Shown here in pieces: positions 25,676 to 42,724 of a stretch of DNA of 64,000 nt (the stretch's first letter is position 1; each line of letters opens with the position of its first letter). The notes beneath the pieces were generated by a model, which saw nothing but the letters and a program-made list of their open reading frames with translations, was not told the DNA's origin and made no database searches. This stretch comes from Eledone cirrhosa (taxonomy: Eukaryota): the NCBI GenBank assembly GCA_964016885.1, contig OZ024742.1, positions 364,560,001-364,624,000 on the forward strand, read 5' to 3'. The translations under genes were made by a program, and so were the position numbers.

Positions 25676-26470
25676 ATACTTGGGGAGGGTCATATTTGCG
25701 TAATATTGCCAGAATTAATAACAGAACACACTCACTGTTTGGTTGGTTTTTATATATATTTTAGAAAAAGGAAGTAAGGTTCTATACAAAAGTTAAATAA
25801 AGTAGGAAAGGTGAAGTTGGAAACTGCACGGAAAATATATCCGGAAAATATATCCTTTCTTTGATTCGTCAAAGTGACATTATTGAAGAGATGATATTAT
25901 TGAAAAGATGACATTATTGAAAAGATGACATTATTGAAAAAATGAGAGGGACAATTCTTTTTTAAAAAAATGTTAATGAATTACCGGTTTCTATGTATTA
26001 TTATAATTCATCTTATCAAATGTTGGGTATTGAAATAAAAAAATTGAAAAGAATTAATGTGAGTTAAAAACTAAAAATTAAAGATTTAAAATTAAAATCA
26101 AGTTTTGGAGTAAGTTTTTTTCCCATCTTTCTTGCTCAAAATTTGGCTGGAGATTAAGTTCTTGTTAATAGAGAGGTGGTATTGAAGATAGCAGCAGCTA
26201 AGTTACTTCACAGAACAAAGTTGTTTTTTTGGGGGCAAAGGAAACATCCTGTAAATATGTGCGTGTATATCTGATTTTGTTAATTAACATATCCCCAGAG
26301 ACGGAAAAGTCGTCAGCAGTGTTTGCGAGAATCGAACACACATCAGAGGTTGTAGATTATCCGATTTATCTATTAATGACACTTAAATTTGTTGTGGCCG
26401 CTTCACATAAAATGTATTATATTTTCAGAATTCCCCAATAATTTTGTAAGTTATATATATATATATATAT

Positions 26471-26659
26471 CAGGGTCGGTTGAAACGTTTATATGTATGA
26501 ACAAGATACTCTCATGGAATGACCAAATGATTTTTATTTTTTAACAATCCCCACAAAAAATACAGTGATTAATACGAGTTGATATTAATGCATGCAAGAT
26601 TTCACAGCTCTAGCACCACTCCTTCATAGTCAGGCTATGGACATTTCAGCCGACCTTTG
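26471..26659. mobile_element. Mariner-type MITE (degenerate)
   Basis: cagggtcggttgaaacgtttata ... ctatggacatttcagccgacctttg|ta: imperfect TIRs within TA context. Confidence 0.6.
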
Positions 26660-27235
26660 TATATATGTATTCCTCATTAACTCAGCTTTTCAAGCATTTT
26701 CCTTATAATTCAGTCACACGCTTGAATGGTCGTCTCATAAAGCATTACCACTATAATCATCGCTTTCGTTATCACATATAACACCCACATATACATATAT
26801 ACACATCTTCTACTTTCAAATTTATTTCAATCCCTTGGGGAAATAAAAGTCACACAAATATTTTGAATAGAATTTCTAGAAAAAATCTAATTCCAGGGAA
26901 ATTCTAAAATGAAATAAAATAACAATGATTTAAGCTCAGGAAATGAAATATCTATTTGAGTGAAGCCATAGGCATCATCCGCCTCTTATCTTTTCTTATT
27001 GAGCCTTTGTGTAACATATATCTTAGAAATAAATCTATTTAATAAAATGTACAGTCGATACAAACGAAATAAGCATGAAATACACCTATATATATTTCAA
27101 ATTACCTTAAATTCTCTAGAATTTTCAGAAAGAGACTAAGGTAAAGTTTTGTGACACAGAAAATGTTCCATATAAGAGAAAGGTAAAAAACTTCGTTTCT
27201 CTTCTGATCGATGAAAGATTCAAATGTTTAATGTA

Positions 27236-27285
<50 letters not shown>

Positions 27286-27412
27286 GAAACGTTAAACTAA
27301 TATAATTCTTCATTGTATTGTGTTGTTTGTTTTGTTTTCCCCGTTTACCTCTTGCATACAGACACACATATATACATATGCGTATATATATGTGCATACA
27401 CTTACAGTCACA

Positions 27413-27462
<50 letters not shown>

Positions 27463-27889
27463 TGTGACTGTAAGTGTATGCACATATATACAGAAATATT
27501 CTAAAATATGTATTAATTCCTTTGTGATCTACTTACATCTCTATTCACCATTTCTACACGCCATCTTATATATGCTATGTAAAGTTAACTGTTGAAGTTA
27601 AGTGTTGTTGCAAATAATGTCTTTAAATCCTTTATAATATACATTAAACATTTCATTCGCTAGTGTGGAATATTTTAGAAAAATATGAAGAATCATATTG
27701 GAATTATATAGTTATCAATGGAATATAACATCCGTATGAAGTAAGAGAAAGGAAATGTAAGGCATATATTGATGTGTATTATATTAACACCGTTGAATGT
27801 TTCTTGTAAAACGTCGACCTCACTGAAAACGAGATTGTAGAATTGTATATAGCTGTGTGTAGTGGTAGTTTTTGTGTTGCTGGCTATAG

Positions 27890-28115
27890 TGATGTTGTTG
27901 TTGTTGTTGTTGGTGGTGGTGATGTTGGTGTGGCTGGTGGTGGTGGTGGTGGTGGTGGTGGTGCTACTAGTGGTAGTAGTGCTGTTACTAGTGGTAGTAG
28001 TAGTGTTACTAGTGGTAGTAGTAGTGTTACTAGTGGTAGTAGTAGTGTTACTAGTGGTAATAGTAGTGTTACTAGTGGTAGTAGTAGTGTTACTAGTGGT
28101 AGTAGTAGTGTTACT
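27890..28115. repeat. (GTT)/(GGT) microsatellite plus 21-bp tandem repeat
   Basis: gttactagtggtagtagtagt repeated about 7 times. Confidence 0.9.
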
Positions 28116-29639
28116 GGTGTCAGCGCCAACACAGACACAGAATATTTTTATTAACCTCACTGTTATATTATTTCTGTACATAAGCAATAAATATAATAAA
28201 GCATTTGAAATGTGATATTGATCTTTTCTACTTGGTGGGTCTTTCTAAGGAGGAATATTCAACGGGTTTTATTCAACTTCAAAATCCATTATCCCTCGTA
28301 TTTAAATATTTCATTGACTCGAATGAAATATTTGGAAAGTATGAAGCATCATATTGGAATTACATAGTTTATAATTACTTATACTGTCACAATGTAATAT
28401 CAGAATGAAATACGTGACATATTGAATATATAAGTATGTATAATATATGATATGCCAGTGGAATTACGGATTTAAAAAGAAAATATTTAAGATATTAAAA
28501 AGGTTTGAGTAATGCTTAATATATTGACTGCATTTATGTGAAACCCCTGCAAAAATATACTGAACGTATGTATAAATAAAAATAAATAAATATATGTATA
28601 TGTGTGTGTGTGTATTCCCGAGATTGCGCAGGTGGAACACCAGAGTAACAAGACGCGTCAATTAGCCATTATATTATTTCAAACAAAAATATATACACGG
28701 TTCTCTTTAAAGGTTTAAATAAAAGCAGTGAAATTTATCGTTTAAAAATCATGTAATGAATGTTATATAAAGTGTCATGAAAGAAATTGCATCTGAAAAA
28801 TAAAAATAAATGTTACATGTATGCACCCTTATTTAAGGGATAGATGTAAATATACAGATATTGTCAGGTAAATAACAGTCGATAAATTGGCTAATGAAAG
28901 ACGGTGGGGTGGTGTTGTGTGTTTCACACTAGCAACGTCACTGAAAGCAAACCATATACATTATATATATATATATATATATATAAATATGGGATAACAA
29001 ATTATCGTTATAGGTAATCCAGTTAGAGGTTGTGAGTACTCTGTACTATGGATAGTTTTAACGTACGGCGTTGTTTGACTCAACAAGAGGTTTCCTTAGT
29101 TAGGTGGCGAGTTCTCGGGATTTCCTATGCAGGTTAATCTTGGAGTAATAATAGTGAAAGAGTAAAGAATAACATGGTCAACACTACAAAAAGGGTTTTA
29201 TTTACAGTAGTAACAATTGTTTCATTGATTAGGTTGTCTAAAAATTGCTAATCACTTGAAGTTGTATCACTCAATTTTAAATACAATGTATGCTTAATCA
29301 AATCATCGGAATAACTGTTTTAAAGTGACACATCAGTTGGTATACAGTATATATTTTATATATACGATGGATTTCAGAAGATTCCATTTACCAAACGGTA
29401 TTCCACTGACAAGGAATCTTTTGTCCATCTAGTTTCAATGAAATTTATATTTCTCAAATAAGACCTCTATTAAGATGTATCTTAAGATAATTACAATTAA
29501 TAATGGTATTTGATTCTTATGAGTTTTCTGATTGAGAATTAAAATTAATAATAATATATTTGAATAGTTCAATCTAATCGAAAATATCTTGTAGAAATGA
29601 CGTAATGAAGTTAAGATACAACAGAAACAAAAAAAGCAA

Positions 29640-30600
29640 GGACAACAACATCAATAACAACAACAGCTATAATAACAACAGCAATGACAACAACAACAAT
29701 AACAGCAACAGCAATAACAACAGCTATAACAACAACATCAATAACAACAACAGCAATAATAACAACAGCATTGACAACAACAACAATGACAACAACAGCA
29801 ATAACAACTTCTGCAACAATAAAGACATCAACAACCAAAACAACAACTGTGACATCCTCCTTAACATCTTCCGAGAGAAGAATTACTGAAAGATGAAAAA
29901 AATGATTTCTAAGTCTTTTCTGTAATGATTCATGACTGTCATGGCTGTCGTGGAGGAGGAGGAGGTGGAGAGGGAGACGGCGAGGAGATGAGGTGGAGAA
30001 GAAGAAGAAGAAGAAGAAGAAGAAGAAGAAGAAGAAGAAGAAGAAGAAGCTGATGTCTATTTAAGGTGATTGCAATTGATAATGTCGACGATTACGAAGG
30101 CACTGAACAACAACAACAACGACAGTAACAGTAACAATAACAACAACAACGACAATAACAGCAATAACAATAACAACAACAACAACTACGAATGTAACAG
30201 GTACATGAGGATGATGGCGAAAAAGTGAAACAAGATAATGAACCATACATAGCGTGTGAGTAATAGGGGGATAGATAGATATATGGATAGATAGATGGAT
30301 AGATAGATAGATAGATAGATAGATGGATGGATATAGATATAGAGATAGATATATAGATATATAGAGATGGAATGATAGATAGATAGATGAAAGCTGAGCT
30401 ATATATAGGGAGAGAGAGAGAGACAGAGAGAGAGTGGGAGGTAGAGAGAGACAGGGAGAGAGACGGAGGAGAGAGGGACAGGGAGAGGGAGGGAGAGAGA
30501 GGAAGATTGGGGGTAGACAGGGGTGGAGGGAGAGGGAGGGAGAGAGAGAGGGAGAGACACAGGGGGAGGGAGGGAGAGAGAGGGAAAGGGAGAGGTTGAG
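29640..30600. repeat. Cluster of simple repeats (CAA)n, (GAA)n, (GATA)n, (GA)n
   Basis: Directly visible low-complexity tracts. Confidence 0.9.
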
Positions 30601-30683
30601 ACAGGTGAGAGAGTAAACGATATGTTGTTTGATTTAAATTCAAACAACAGGATATTTTGTGTTAGCACTATTGTACAATGACA

Positions 30684-33457
30684 GTAATACTAACAACACT
30701 AATAACACTAACAACACTAACAATACTAACAATACTAACAACACTAACAACACTAACAACACTAACAATACTAACAATACTAACAACACTAATAACACTA
30801 ACAACACTAACAATACTAACAATACTAACAACACTAACAACACTAACAACACTAACAATACTAACAATACTAACAACACTAACAACACTAACAACACTAA
30901 CAATACTAACAATACTAACAACACTAACAACACTAACAACACTAACAATACTAACAATACTAACAACACTAATAACACTAACAACACTAACAATACTAAC
31001 AATACTAACAACACTAACAACACTAACAATACTAACAACACCAACAACACTAACAACACTAACAACACTAACAATACTAACAACACTAACAACACTAACA
31101 ACACTAACAATACTAACAACACTAACAACACTAACAACACTAACAATACTAACAATACTAACAACACTAACAACACTAACAATACTAACAACACTAACAA
31201 CACTAACAACACTAACAATACTAACAACACTAACAACACTAACAACACTAACGATACAAACAACACTAACAACACTAACGACATTAACAACACTAACAAT
31301 ACTAACAACACTAACAACACTAACGACATTAACAACACTAACAATACTAACAACACTAACAACACTAACGACATTAACAACACTAACAATACAAACAACA
31401 CTAACAACACTAACAACACTAACAATACTAACAACACTAACAACACTAACGACATTAACAACACTAACAATACAAACAACACTAACAATACTAACAACAC
31501 TAACAACACTAACAATACTAACAGCACTAACAATACTAACAACACTAACAACACTAACAACACTAACAACACTAACAACACTAACAATACTAACAACACT
31601 AACAATACTAACAATACTAACAACACTAACAACACTAACGATACTAACAATACTAACAACACTAACAACACTAACGACACTAACGATACTAACAACACTA
31701 ACAATACTAACAACACTAACAATACTAACAACACTAACAACACTAACAATACTAACAACACTAACAACACTAACAACACTAACGATACTAACAACACTAA
31801 CAATACTAACAACACTAACAACACTAACAACATTAACAACACTAACAACACTAACAACACTAACAACACTAACAACACTAACGACATTAACAACACTAAC
31901 AATACAAACAACACTAACAATACTAACAACACTAACAACACTAACAATACTAACAATACTAACGACACTAACAACACTAACAATACTAACAATACTAACA
32001 ACACTAACAACACTAACAACACTAACGATACCAACAACACTAACAACACTAACAATACTAACAATACTAACGACACTAACAACACTAACAATACTAACAA
32101 TACTAACAACACTAACAACACTAACAACACTAACAATACTAACAACACTAACAACACTAACAATACTAACGATACTAACAACACTAACAACACTAACAAT
32201 ACTAACAATACTAACAATACTAACAATACTAACAACACTAACAACACTAACAACACTAACAATACTAACAATACTAACAACACTAACAACACTAACAACA
32301 CTAACAATACTAACAACACTAACAACACTAACAATACTAACGATACTAACAACACTAACAATACTAACAATACTAACAATACTAACAATACTAACAATAC
32401 TAACAACACTAACAACACTAACAACACTAACAATACTAACAATACTAACGACACTAACAACACTAACAATACTAACAATACTAACAACACTAACAACACT
32501 AACAACACTAACAATACTAACAACACTAACAACACTAACAATACTAACGATACTAACAACACTAACAATACTAACAATACTAACAATACTAACAATACTA
32601 ACGACACTAACAACACTAACAATACTAACAACACTAACAATACTAACAACACTAACAACACTAACAACACTAACAATACTAACAACACTAACAACACTAA
32701 CAATACTAACGATACTAACAACACTAACAATACTAACAATACTAACAACACTAACAATACTAACAACACTAACAACACTAACAATACTAACAATACTAAC
32801 GACACTAACAACACTAACAATACTAACAATACTAACAACACTAACAACACTAACAACACTAACAATACTAACAACACTAACAACACTAACAATACTAACG
32901 ATACTAACAACACTAACAATACTAACAATACTAACAACACTAACAATACTAACAATACTAACAACACTAACAACACTAACAATACTGACAACACTAACAA
33001 CACTAACAACATTAACAATACTAACAACACTAACAATACTTACAACACTAACAACACTAACAACACTAACAACACTAACAACACTAACATTACTAACAAC
33101 ACTAACAACACTAACGACACTAACAATACTTACAACACTAACAGTACTAAAAACACTAACAACACTAACAACACTATCAACACTAACATTACTAACAACA
33201 CTAACAATACTAACAATTGTTTCTACTTTTGGCACAAGGCCAGCAATTACTCGGTACATTACTGGTACTTATTTTATCGACCCCGTAAGGATGAAAGGCA
33301 AAGTTAACCTCGGCGGGATTTGAACTCAGATCAAAAAGGGAGGTAACTCTGTGCTTCAAAGCGTGGCGTCCGACCCTCTACCGATCATGCCCTAACATTA
33401 CTAACAATACTAACAACACTAACATTACTAACAACACTAACAACACTAACAATACTA
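30684..33457. repeat. 9-bp satellite (AACAAYACT)n, about 290 copies
   Basis: Direct inspection; interrupted near its right end by a SINE. Confidence 0.97.
33213..33392 (-). mobile_element. tRNA-derived SINE inserted in the 9-bp satellite
   Basis: aattgtttctacttttggcacaaggccagc...cggcgggatttgaactcag; the satellite resumes after it. Confidence 0.9.
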
Positions 33458-33541
33458 AGTAACTATTTCTATTCTTGTTTCCCTTTTAGAGTTTTCATTT
33501 ATATATTTATTGTTTTGCTTCTTTTGTCTTCTTTGCATCTT

Positions 33542-33576
<35 letters not shown>

Positions 33577-34451
33577 ATTCACTTCTGGAATTATGCAATT
33601 TAAATTACAATTGTTTCTAATGGAAATGTGTGTGTGTGTTTGTAATTATGTAGGTGCATATGTGTGTGAATGTGTGTGTGTCGACCTGCGCAAGTTCATC
33701 CGGGTATGAATAGGTGTGTGTATTCGTGTGTGTATGTGTGCTTGTATGTGTGTGTGTGTGTACGTGTGTGTGTGTGTGTATACTTCTGCAGTTCACATGG
33801 GTAGTAGGTGTATGGTGGAGGTCCGTGTATGTGAGTGTGTGTGTGTATGTGTGTGAGAGTGTGTATATATATGTGTGTGTGTGTGTGTGTGAGTGTGTAT
33901 ATATATATGTGTGTGTGTGTGTGAGTGTGTATATGTATGTGTGTGTGTGTGAGTGTGTATATATGTGTATATGAGTGTGTATATGTCTGTGTGTTTGTGT
34001 GTGAGTGTGTATATGTCTGTATGTGTGTGTGTGAGTGTGTATGTGTCTGTGTGTGTGAGTGTGTATATGTCTGTATGTGTGTGTGTGTGAGTGTGTATAT
34101 GTCTGTATGTGAGAGTGTATATATGTATGTATGTGTGTGTGTGTGAGTGTGTATATGTCTGTGTGTGAGAGTGTGTATATGTATATGTGTGTGTGTGAGT
34201 GTGTATATGTCTGTATGTGTGGGGTGGTAGAGGGTGGAGTGAGGAAGTCATTGATATCAATAGAGACGTGACAACAGTTGTAATTATAGGAATTGTTATT
34301 AACGGTGGGTGTGTGGAGGGGAGGACATTCACTGACTGGGGGTGGCAGGGGAGTAGGAAGAGGAAACGTAGGGTTTTGTAGGGAGGGATCTTTGATGAAA
34401 GGGAAAAAGTGATGTTAGCCAAAAAGACTTAGATTTGATGTTGGCTTACTT

Positions 34452-34515
34452 GGTAGTAGTAGTAGTAGTGGAAGTAGTAGTAGTAGTGGAAGTAGTAGTA
34501 GTCGTAGTGGTGGTG

Positions 34516-34547
<32 letters not shown>

Positions 34548-34814
34548 GGTAGTAGTAGTAGTGGTAGTAGTAGTGGTGCTAGTGGTAGTAGTGGCGGTGG
34601 TAGTAGTAGTGGCGGTGGGGTAGTAGTGGTGTTGGTAGTAGTAGTGGTGGTGGTAGTAGTAGTGGCGGGGGTGGTAGTAGTGGTGGTGGTAGTAGTAGTG
34701 GTGGTGGTAGTAGTTCTGCCGGGGGTGGTAGTAGTGGCGGTGGTAGTAGTAGTGGCGGTGGTAGTAGTACTGGTGGTAGTAGTAGTAGTGGCGGTGGTAT
34801 TAGTAGTGGCGGTG

Positions 34815-34846
<32 letters not shown>

Positions 34847-34913
34847 GGCGGTGGTAGTAGTAGTGGCGGTGGTGGTAGTAGTAGTAGTAGTGGTAGTAGT
34901 AGTGGCGGTGGTG

Positions 34914-34951
<38 letters not shown>

Positions 34952-35012
34952 GGCGGTGGTAGTAGTAGTGGCGGTGGTATTAGTAGTGGCGGTGGTATTA
35001 GTAGTGGCGGTG

Positions 35013-35044
<32 letters not shown>

Positions 35045-36001
35045 GGCGGTGGTAGTAGTAGTGGCGGTGGTGGTAGTAGTAGTAGTAGTGGTAGTAGTAG
35101 TGGCGGTGGTGGTGGCGGTGGTAGTAGTAGTGGCGGTGTTAGTAGTAGTAGTGGTAGTAGTAGTGGCGGTGGTAGTATTAATGGCTGTGGTAGTAGTAGT
35201 GGTGGTGGTAGTAGTAGTGATGGTGGTGGTAGTAGTTGTGGTGGTAGTAGTAGTGGCGGTAGTGGCAGTGGTGGTAGTGGTGGTGTTGTTGTTGTTGTTG
35301 TTGTTGGTAGTGGTGGTAGTAGTCGTGGTGGTGGTAGTAGTAATGGTGGTGGTATTAGTAGTAGTGGTGGTATTAGTAGTGGCGGTGGTAGTAGTAGTGG
35401 CGGAGGCAGTATTAGTGGCGGTGGTAGTAGTAGGGGTGGTGGTGATAGTAGTGGTGGTGGTAGTAGTAGTGGTAGTAGTAGTGGCGGTGGTAGTAGTAGT
35501 GGTGGTGGTATTAGTAGTGGTGGTGGTAGTAGTAGTGGTGGTGGTATTAGTAGTGGTGGTAGTAGTAGTGGTGGTGGTATTAGTGGTAGTGGTAGTAGTA
35601 GTGGTGGTGGTAGTAGTAGTGGCGGTGGTAGTAGTAGTGGCGGTGGTAGTAGTAGCGGTGGTGGTAGTAGTAGTGGTGGTGGTATTAGTGGTAGTGGTAG
35701 TAGTAGTGGTGGTGGTAGTAGTAGTGGCGGTGGTAGTAGTAGTGGCGGTGGTAGTAGTAGTGGTGGTGGTGGTAGTAGTAGTGGTAGTGGTAGTAGTAGT
35801 AGTGGCGGTGGTAGTAGTAGTAGTGGCGGTGGTAGTAGTAGTAGTGGCGGTGGTAGTAGTAGTGGTGGTGGTTGTAGTAGTGGTGGTGGTAGTAGTAGTA
35901 GTGGCGGTGGTAGTAGTAGTGGCGGTGGTGGTAGTAGTAGTAGTAGTGGTAGTAGTAGTGGCGGTGGTGGTAGTGGTAGTAGTAGTGGTAGTAGTATTAG
36001 T
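34452..36001. repeat. (GTA/GTG/GCG)n trinucleotide tract, about 1.5 kb
   Basis: Direct inspection; the poly-Val ORF is an artefact. Confidence 0.95.
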
Positions 36002-36074
36002 GAGAGGGAGAAGAAGAGATGTAGTTATAGTAGTTGTAGGAAGTTACAAAAACATCAGCAGCAGTGTGACTCGA

Positions 36075-39000
36075 ACATATATATATACACATATATACAC
36101 ACCTATAACATACATATATACACACCTATAACATATATATATACACATACATACACACCTATAACATACATATATACACATACATACACACCTATAACAT
36201 ATATATATACACATACATACATACCTATTACCATATATATATACACATACATACACACCTATAACATACATATATACACATACATACACACCTATAACAT
36301 ACATATATACACATACATACACACCTATAACATACATATATACACATACATACACACCTATAACATACATATATACACACCTATAACATATATATATACA
36401 CATACAGACACACCTATAACATACATATATACACATACATACACACCTATAACATACATATATACACATACATACACACCTATAACATACATATATACAC
36501 ATACAGACAGACCTATAACATACATATATACACATACATACACACCTATAACATACATATATACACACCTATAACATATATATATACACATACATACACA
36601 CCTATAACATACATATATACACATACATACACACCTATAACATATATATATACACATACATACACACCGATAACATACATATATACACATACATACACAC
36701 CTATAACATACATATATACACACCTATAACATATATATATACACATACATACACACCTATAACATACATATATACACACCTATAACATATATATATATAC
36801 ACATACATACACACCTATAACATACATATATACACATACATACACACATATAACATATATATACACATACATACACACCTATGACATATATATATACACA
36901 TACATACACACCTATAACATACATATATACACATACATACACACCTATAACATACATATATACACATACATACACACCTATAACATATATATATACACAT
37001 ACATACACACATATAACATACATATATACACATACATACACACCTATAACATACATATATACACATACATACACACCTATAACATACATATATACACATA
37101 CAGACACACCTATAACATATATATATACACATACATACACACCTATAACATACTTATATACACATACATACACATCTATAACATACATATATACACATAC
37201 ATACACACCTATAACATACATATATACACATACATACACACCTATAACATACATATATACACATACACATACACCTATAACATACATATATACACATACA
37301 GACACACCTATAACATACATATATACGCATCCATACATACCTATAACATATATATATATACACAAACATACACACCTATAACATACATATATACACATAC
37401 ATACACACCTATAACATATATATATACACATACATACACACCTATAACATATATATATACAGATACATACACACCTATATCATATATATATACACATACA
37501 TACACACCTATAACATACATATATACACATACATACACACCTATAACATATATATATACATATACATACACACCTATAACATATATATATATACACATAC
37601 ATACACACCTATAACATACATATATACACATACATACACACCTATAACATACATATATACACACCTATAACATATATATATACACATACATACACACCTA
37701 TAACATACATATATACACATACATACACACCTATAACATATATATATACACATACATACATACCTATTACCATATATATATACACATACATACACACCTA
37801 TAACATACATATATACACATACATACACACCTATAACATACATATATACACATACATACACACCTATAACATACATATATACACACCTATAACATATATA
37901 TATACACATACAGACACACCTATAACATACATATATACACATACATACACACCTATAACATACATATATACACATACATACACACCTATAACATACATAT
38001 ATACACATACAGACAGACCTATAACATACATATATACACATACATACACACCTATAACATACATATATACACACCTATAACATATATATATACACATACA
38101 TACACACCTATAACATACATATATACACATACATACACACCTATAACATATATATATACACATACATACACACCGATAACATACATATATACACATACAT
38201 ACACACCTATAACATACATATATACACACCTATAACATATATATATACACATACATACACACCTATAACATACATATATACACACCTATAACATATATAT
38301 ATATACACATACATACACACCTATAACATACATATATACACATACATACACACATATAACATATATATACACATACATACACACCTATGACATATATATA
38401 TACACATACATACACACCTATAACATACATATATACACATACATACACACCTATAACATACATATATACACATACATACACACCTATAACATATATATAT
38501 ACACATACATACACACATATAACATACATATATACACATACATACACACCTATAACATACATATATACACATACATACACACCTATAACATACATATATA
38601 CACATACAGACACACCTATAACATATATATATACACATACATACACACCTATAACATACTTATATACACATACATACACATCTATAACATACATATATAC
38701 ACATACATACACACCTATAACATACATATATACACATACATACACACCTATAACATACATATATACACATACACATACACCTATAACATACATATATACA
38801 CATACAGACACACCTATAACATACATATATACGCATCCATACATACCTATAACATATATATATATACACAAACATACACACCTATAACATACATATATAC
38901 ACATACATACACACCTATAACATATATATATACACATACATACACACCTATAACATATATATATACAGATACATACACACCTATATCATATATATATACA

Positions 39001-42000
39001 CATACATACACACCTATAACATACATATATACACATACATACACACCTATAACATATATATATACATATACATACACACCTATAACATATATATATATAC
39101 ACATACATACACACCTATAACATACATATATACACATACATACACACCTATAACATACATATATACACACCTATAACATATATATATACACATACATACA
39201 CACCTATAACATACATATATACACATACATACACACCTATAACATATATATATACACATACATACATACCTATTACCATATATATATACACATACATACA
39301 CACCTATAACATACATATATACACATACATACACACCTATAACATACATATATACACATACATACACACCTATAACATACATATATACACACCTATAACA
39401 TATATATATACACATACAGACACACCTATAACATACATATATACACATACATACACACCTATAACATACATATATACACATACATACACACCTATAACAT
39501 ACATATATACACATACAGACAGACCTATAACATACATATATACACATACATACACACCTATAACATACATATATACACACCTATAACATATATATATACA
39601 CATACATACACACCTATAACATACATATATACACATACATACACACCTATAACATATATATATACACATACATACACACCGATAACATACATATATACAC
39701 ATACATACACACCTATAACATACATATATACACACCTATAACATATATATATACACATACATACACACCTATAACATACATATATACACACCTATAACAT
39801 ATATATATATACACATACATACACACCTATAACATACATATATACACATACATACACACATATAACATATATATACACATACATACACACCTATGACATA
39901 TATATATACACATACATACACACCTATAACATACATATATACACATACATACACACCTATAACATACATATATACACATACATACACACCTATAACATAT
40001 ATATATACACATACATACACACATATAACATACATATATACACATACATACACACCTATAACATACATATATACACATACATACACACCTATAACATACA
40101 TATATACACATACAGACACACCTATAACATATATATATACACATACATACACACCTATAACATACTTATATACACATACATACACATCTATAACATACAT
40201 ATATACACATACATACACACCTATAACATACATATATACACATACATACACACCTATAACATACATATATACACATACACATACACCTATAACATACATA
40301 TATACACATACAGACACACCTATAACATACATATATACGCATCCATACATACCTATAACATATATATATATACACAAACATACACACCTATAACATACAT
40401 ATATACACATACATACACACCTATAACATATATATATACACATACATACACACCTATAACATATATATATACAGATACATACACACCTATATCATATATA
40501 TATACACATACATACACACCTATAACATACATATATACACATACATACACACCTATAACATATATATATACATATACATACACACCTATAACATATATAT
40601 ATATACACATACATACACACCTATAACATACATATATACACATACATACACACCTATAACATACATATATACACACCTATAACATATATATATACACATA
40701 CATACACACCTATAACATACATATATACACATACATACACACCTATAACATATATATATACACATACATACACACCTATAACATAAATATATACACATAC
40801 ATACACACCTATAACATACATATATACACATACATACACACCTATAACATACATATATACACATACATACACACCTATAACATACATATATACACATACA
40901 TACACACCTATAACATACATATATACACACCTATAACATATATATATACACATACATACACACCTATAACATACATATATACACATACATACACACCTAT
41001 AACATATATATATACACATACATACACACCGATAACATACATATATACACATACATACACACCTATAACATACATATATACACACCTATAACATATATAT
41101 ATACACATACATACACACCTATAACATACATATATACACACCTATAACATATATATATATACACATACATACACACCTATAACATACATATATACACATA
41201 CATACACACATATAACATATATATACACATACATACACACCTATGACATATATATATACACATACATACACACCTATAACATACATATATACACATACAT
41301 ACACACCTATAACATACATATATACACATACATACACACCTATAACATATATATATACACATACATACACACATATAACATACATATATACACATACATA
41401 CACACCTATAACATACATATATACATATACATACACACCTATAACATACATATATACACATACAGACACACCTATAACATATATATATACACATACATAC
41501 ACACCTATAACATACTTATATACACATACATACACATCTATAACATACATATATACACATACATACACACCTATAACATACATATATACACATACATACA
41601 CACCTATAACATACATATATACACATACACATACACCTATAACATACATATATACACATACAGACACACCTATAACATACATATATACGCATCCATACAT
41701 ACCTATAACATATATATATATACACAAACATACACACCTATAACATACATATATACACATACATACACACCTATAACATATATATATACACATACATACA
41801 CACCTATAACATATATATATACAGATACATACACACCTATATCATATATATATACACATACATACACACCTATAACATACATATATACACATACATACAC
41901 ACCTATAACATATATATATACATATACATACACACCTATAACATATATATATATACACATACATACACACCTATAACATACATATATACACATACAGACA

Positions 42001-42640
42001 CACCTATAACATACATATATACACATACATACACATCTATAACATACATATATACACATACATACATACCTATAACATACATATATATACAAACATACAC
42101 ACCTATAACATATATATATACACATACATACACACCTATAACATATATATATACACATACATACATACCTATAACATACATATATATACAAACATACACA
42201 CCTATAACATATATATATACACATACATACACACCTATAACATATATATATACACACCTATAACATACATATATACACATACATACACACCTATAACATA
42301 CATATATACACATACACACCTATAACATATATATATACACATATATACACACCTATAACATACATATATACACATACATACACACCTATAACATACATAT
42401 ATACACATACATGCACACCTATAACATATATATATACACATACACACCTATAACATATATATATACACATACATACACACCTATAACATACATATATACA
42501 CATACATACACACCTATAACATACATATATACACATACACACCTATAACATATATATATACACATACATACACACCTATAACATATATATATATACACAT
42601 ACACACCTATAACATACATATATACATACACATACATACA
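36075..42640. repeat. 33-bp satellite with a 1506-bp higher-order repeat
   Basis: Unit cctataacatacatatatacacatacatacaca. Identical variant ORFs recur at 36757, 38263 and 39769 (offset 1506) and at 41119 (offset 1350). Confidence 0.95.
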
Positions 42641-42724
42641 CACGTATGACGTACATATATACATACACATACATACACTCGTATGACGTACAAATATTAC
42701 CCACGTACGTACAGACATATATAC

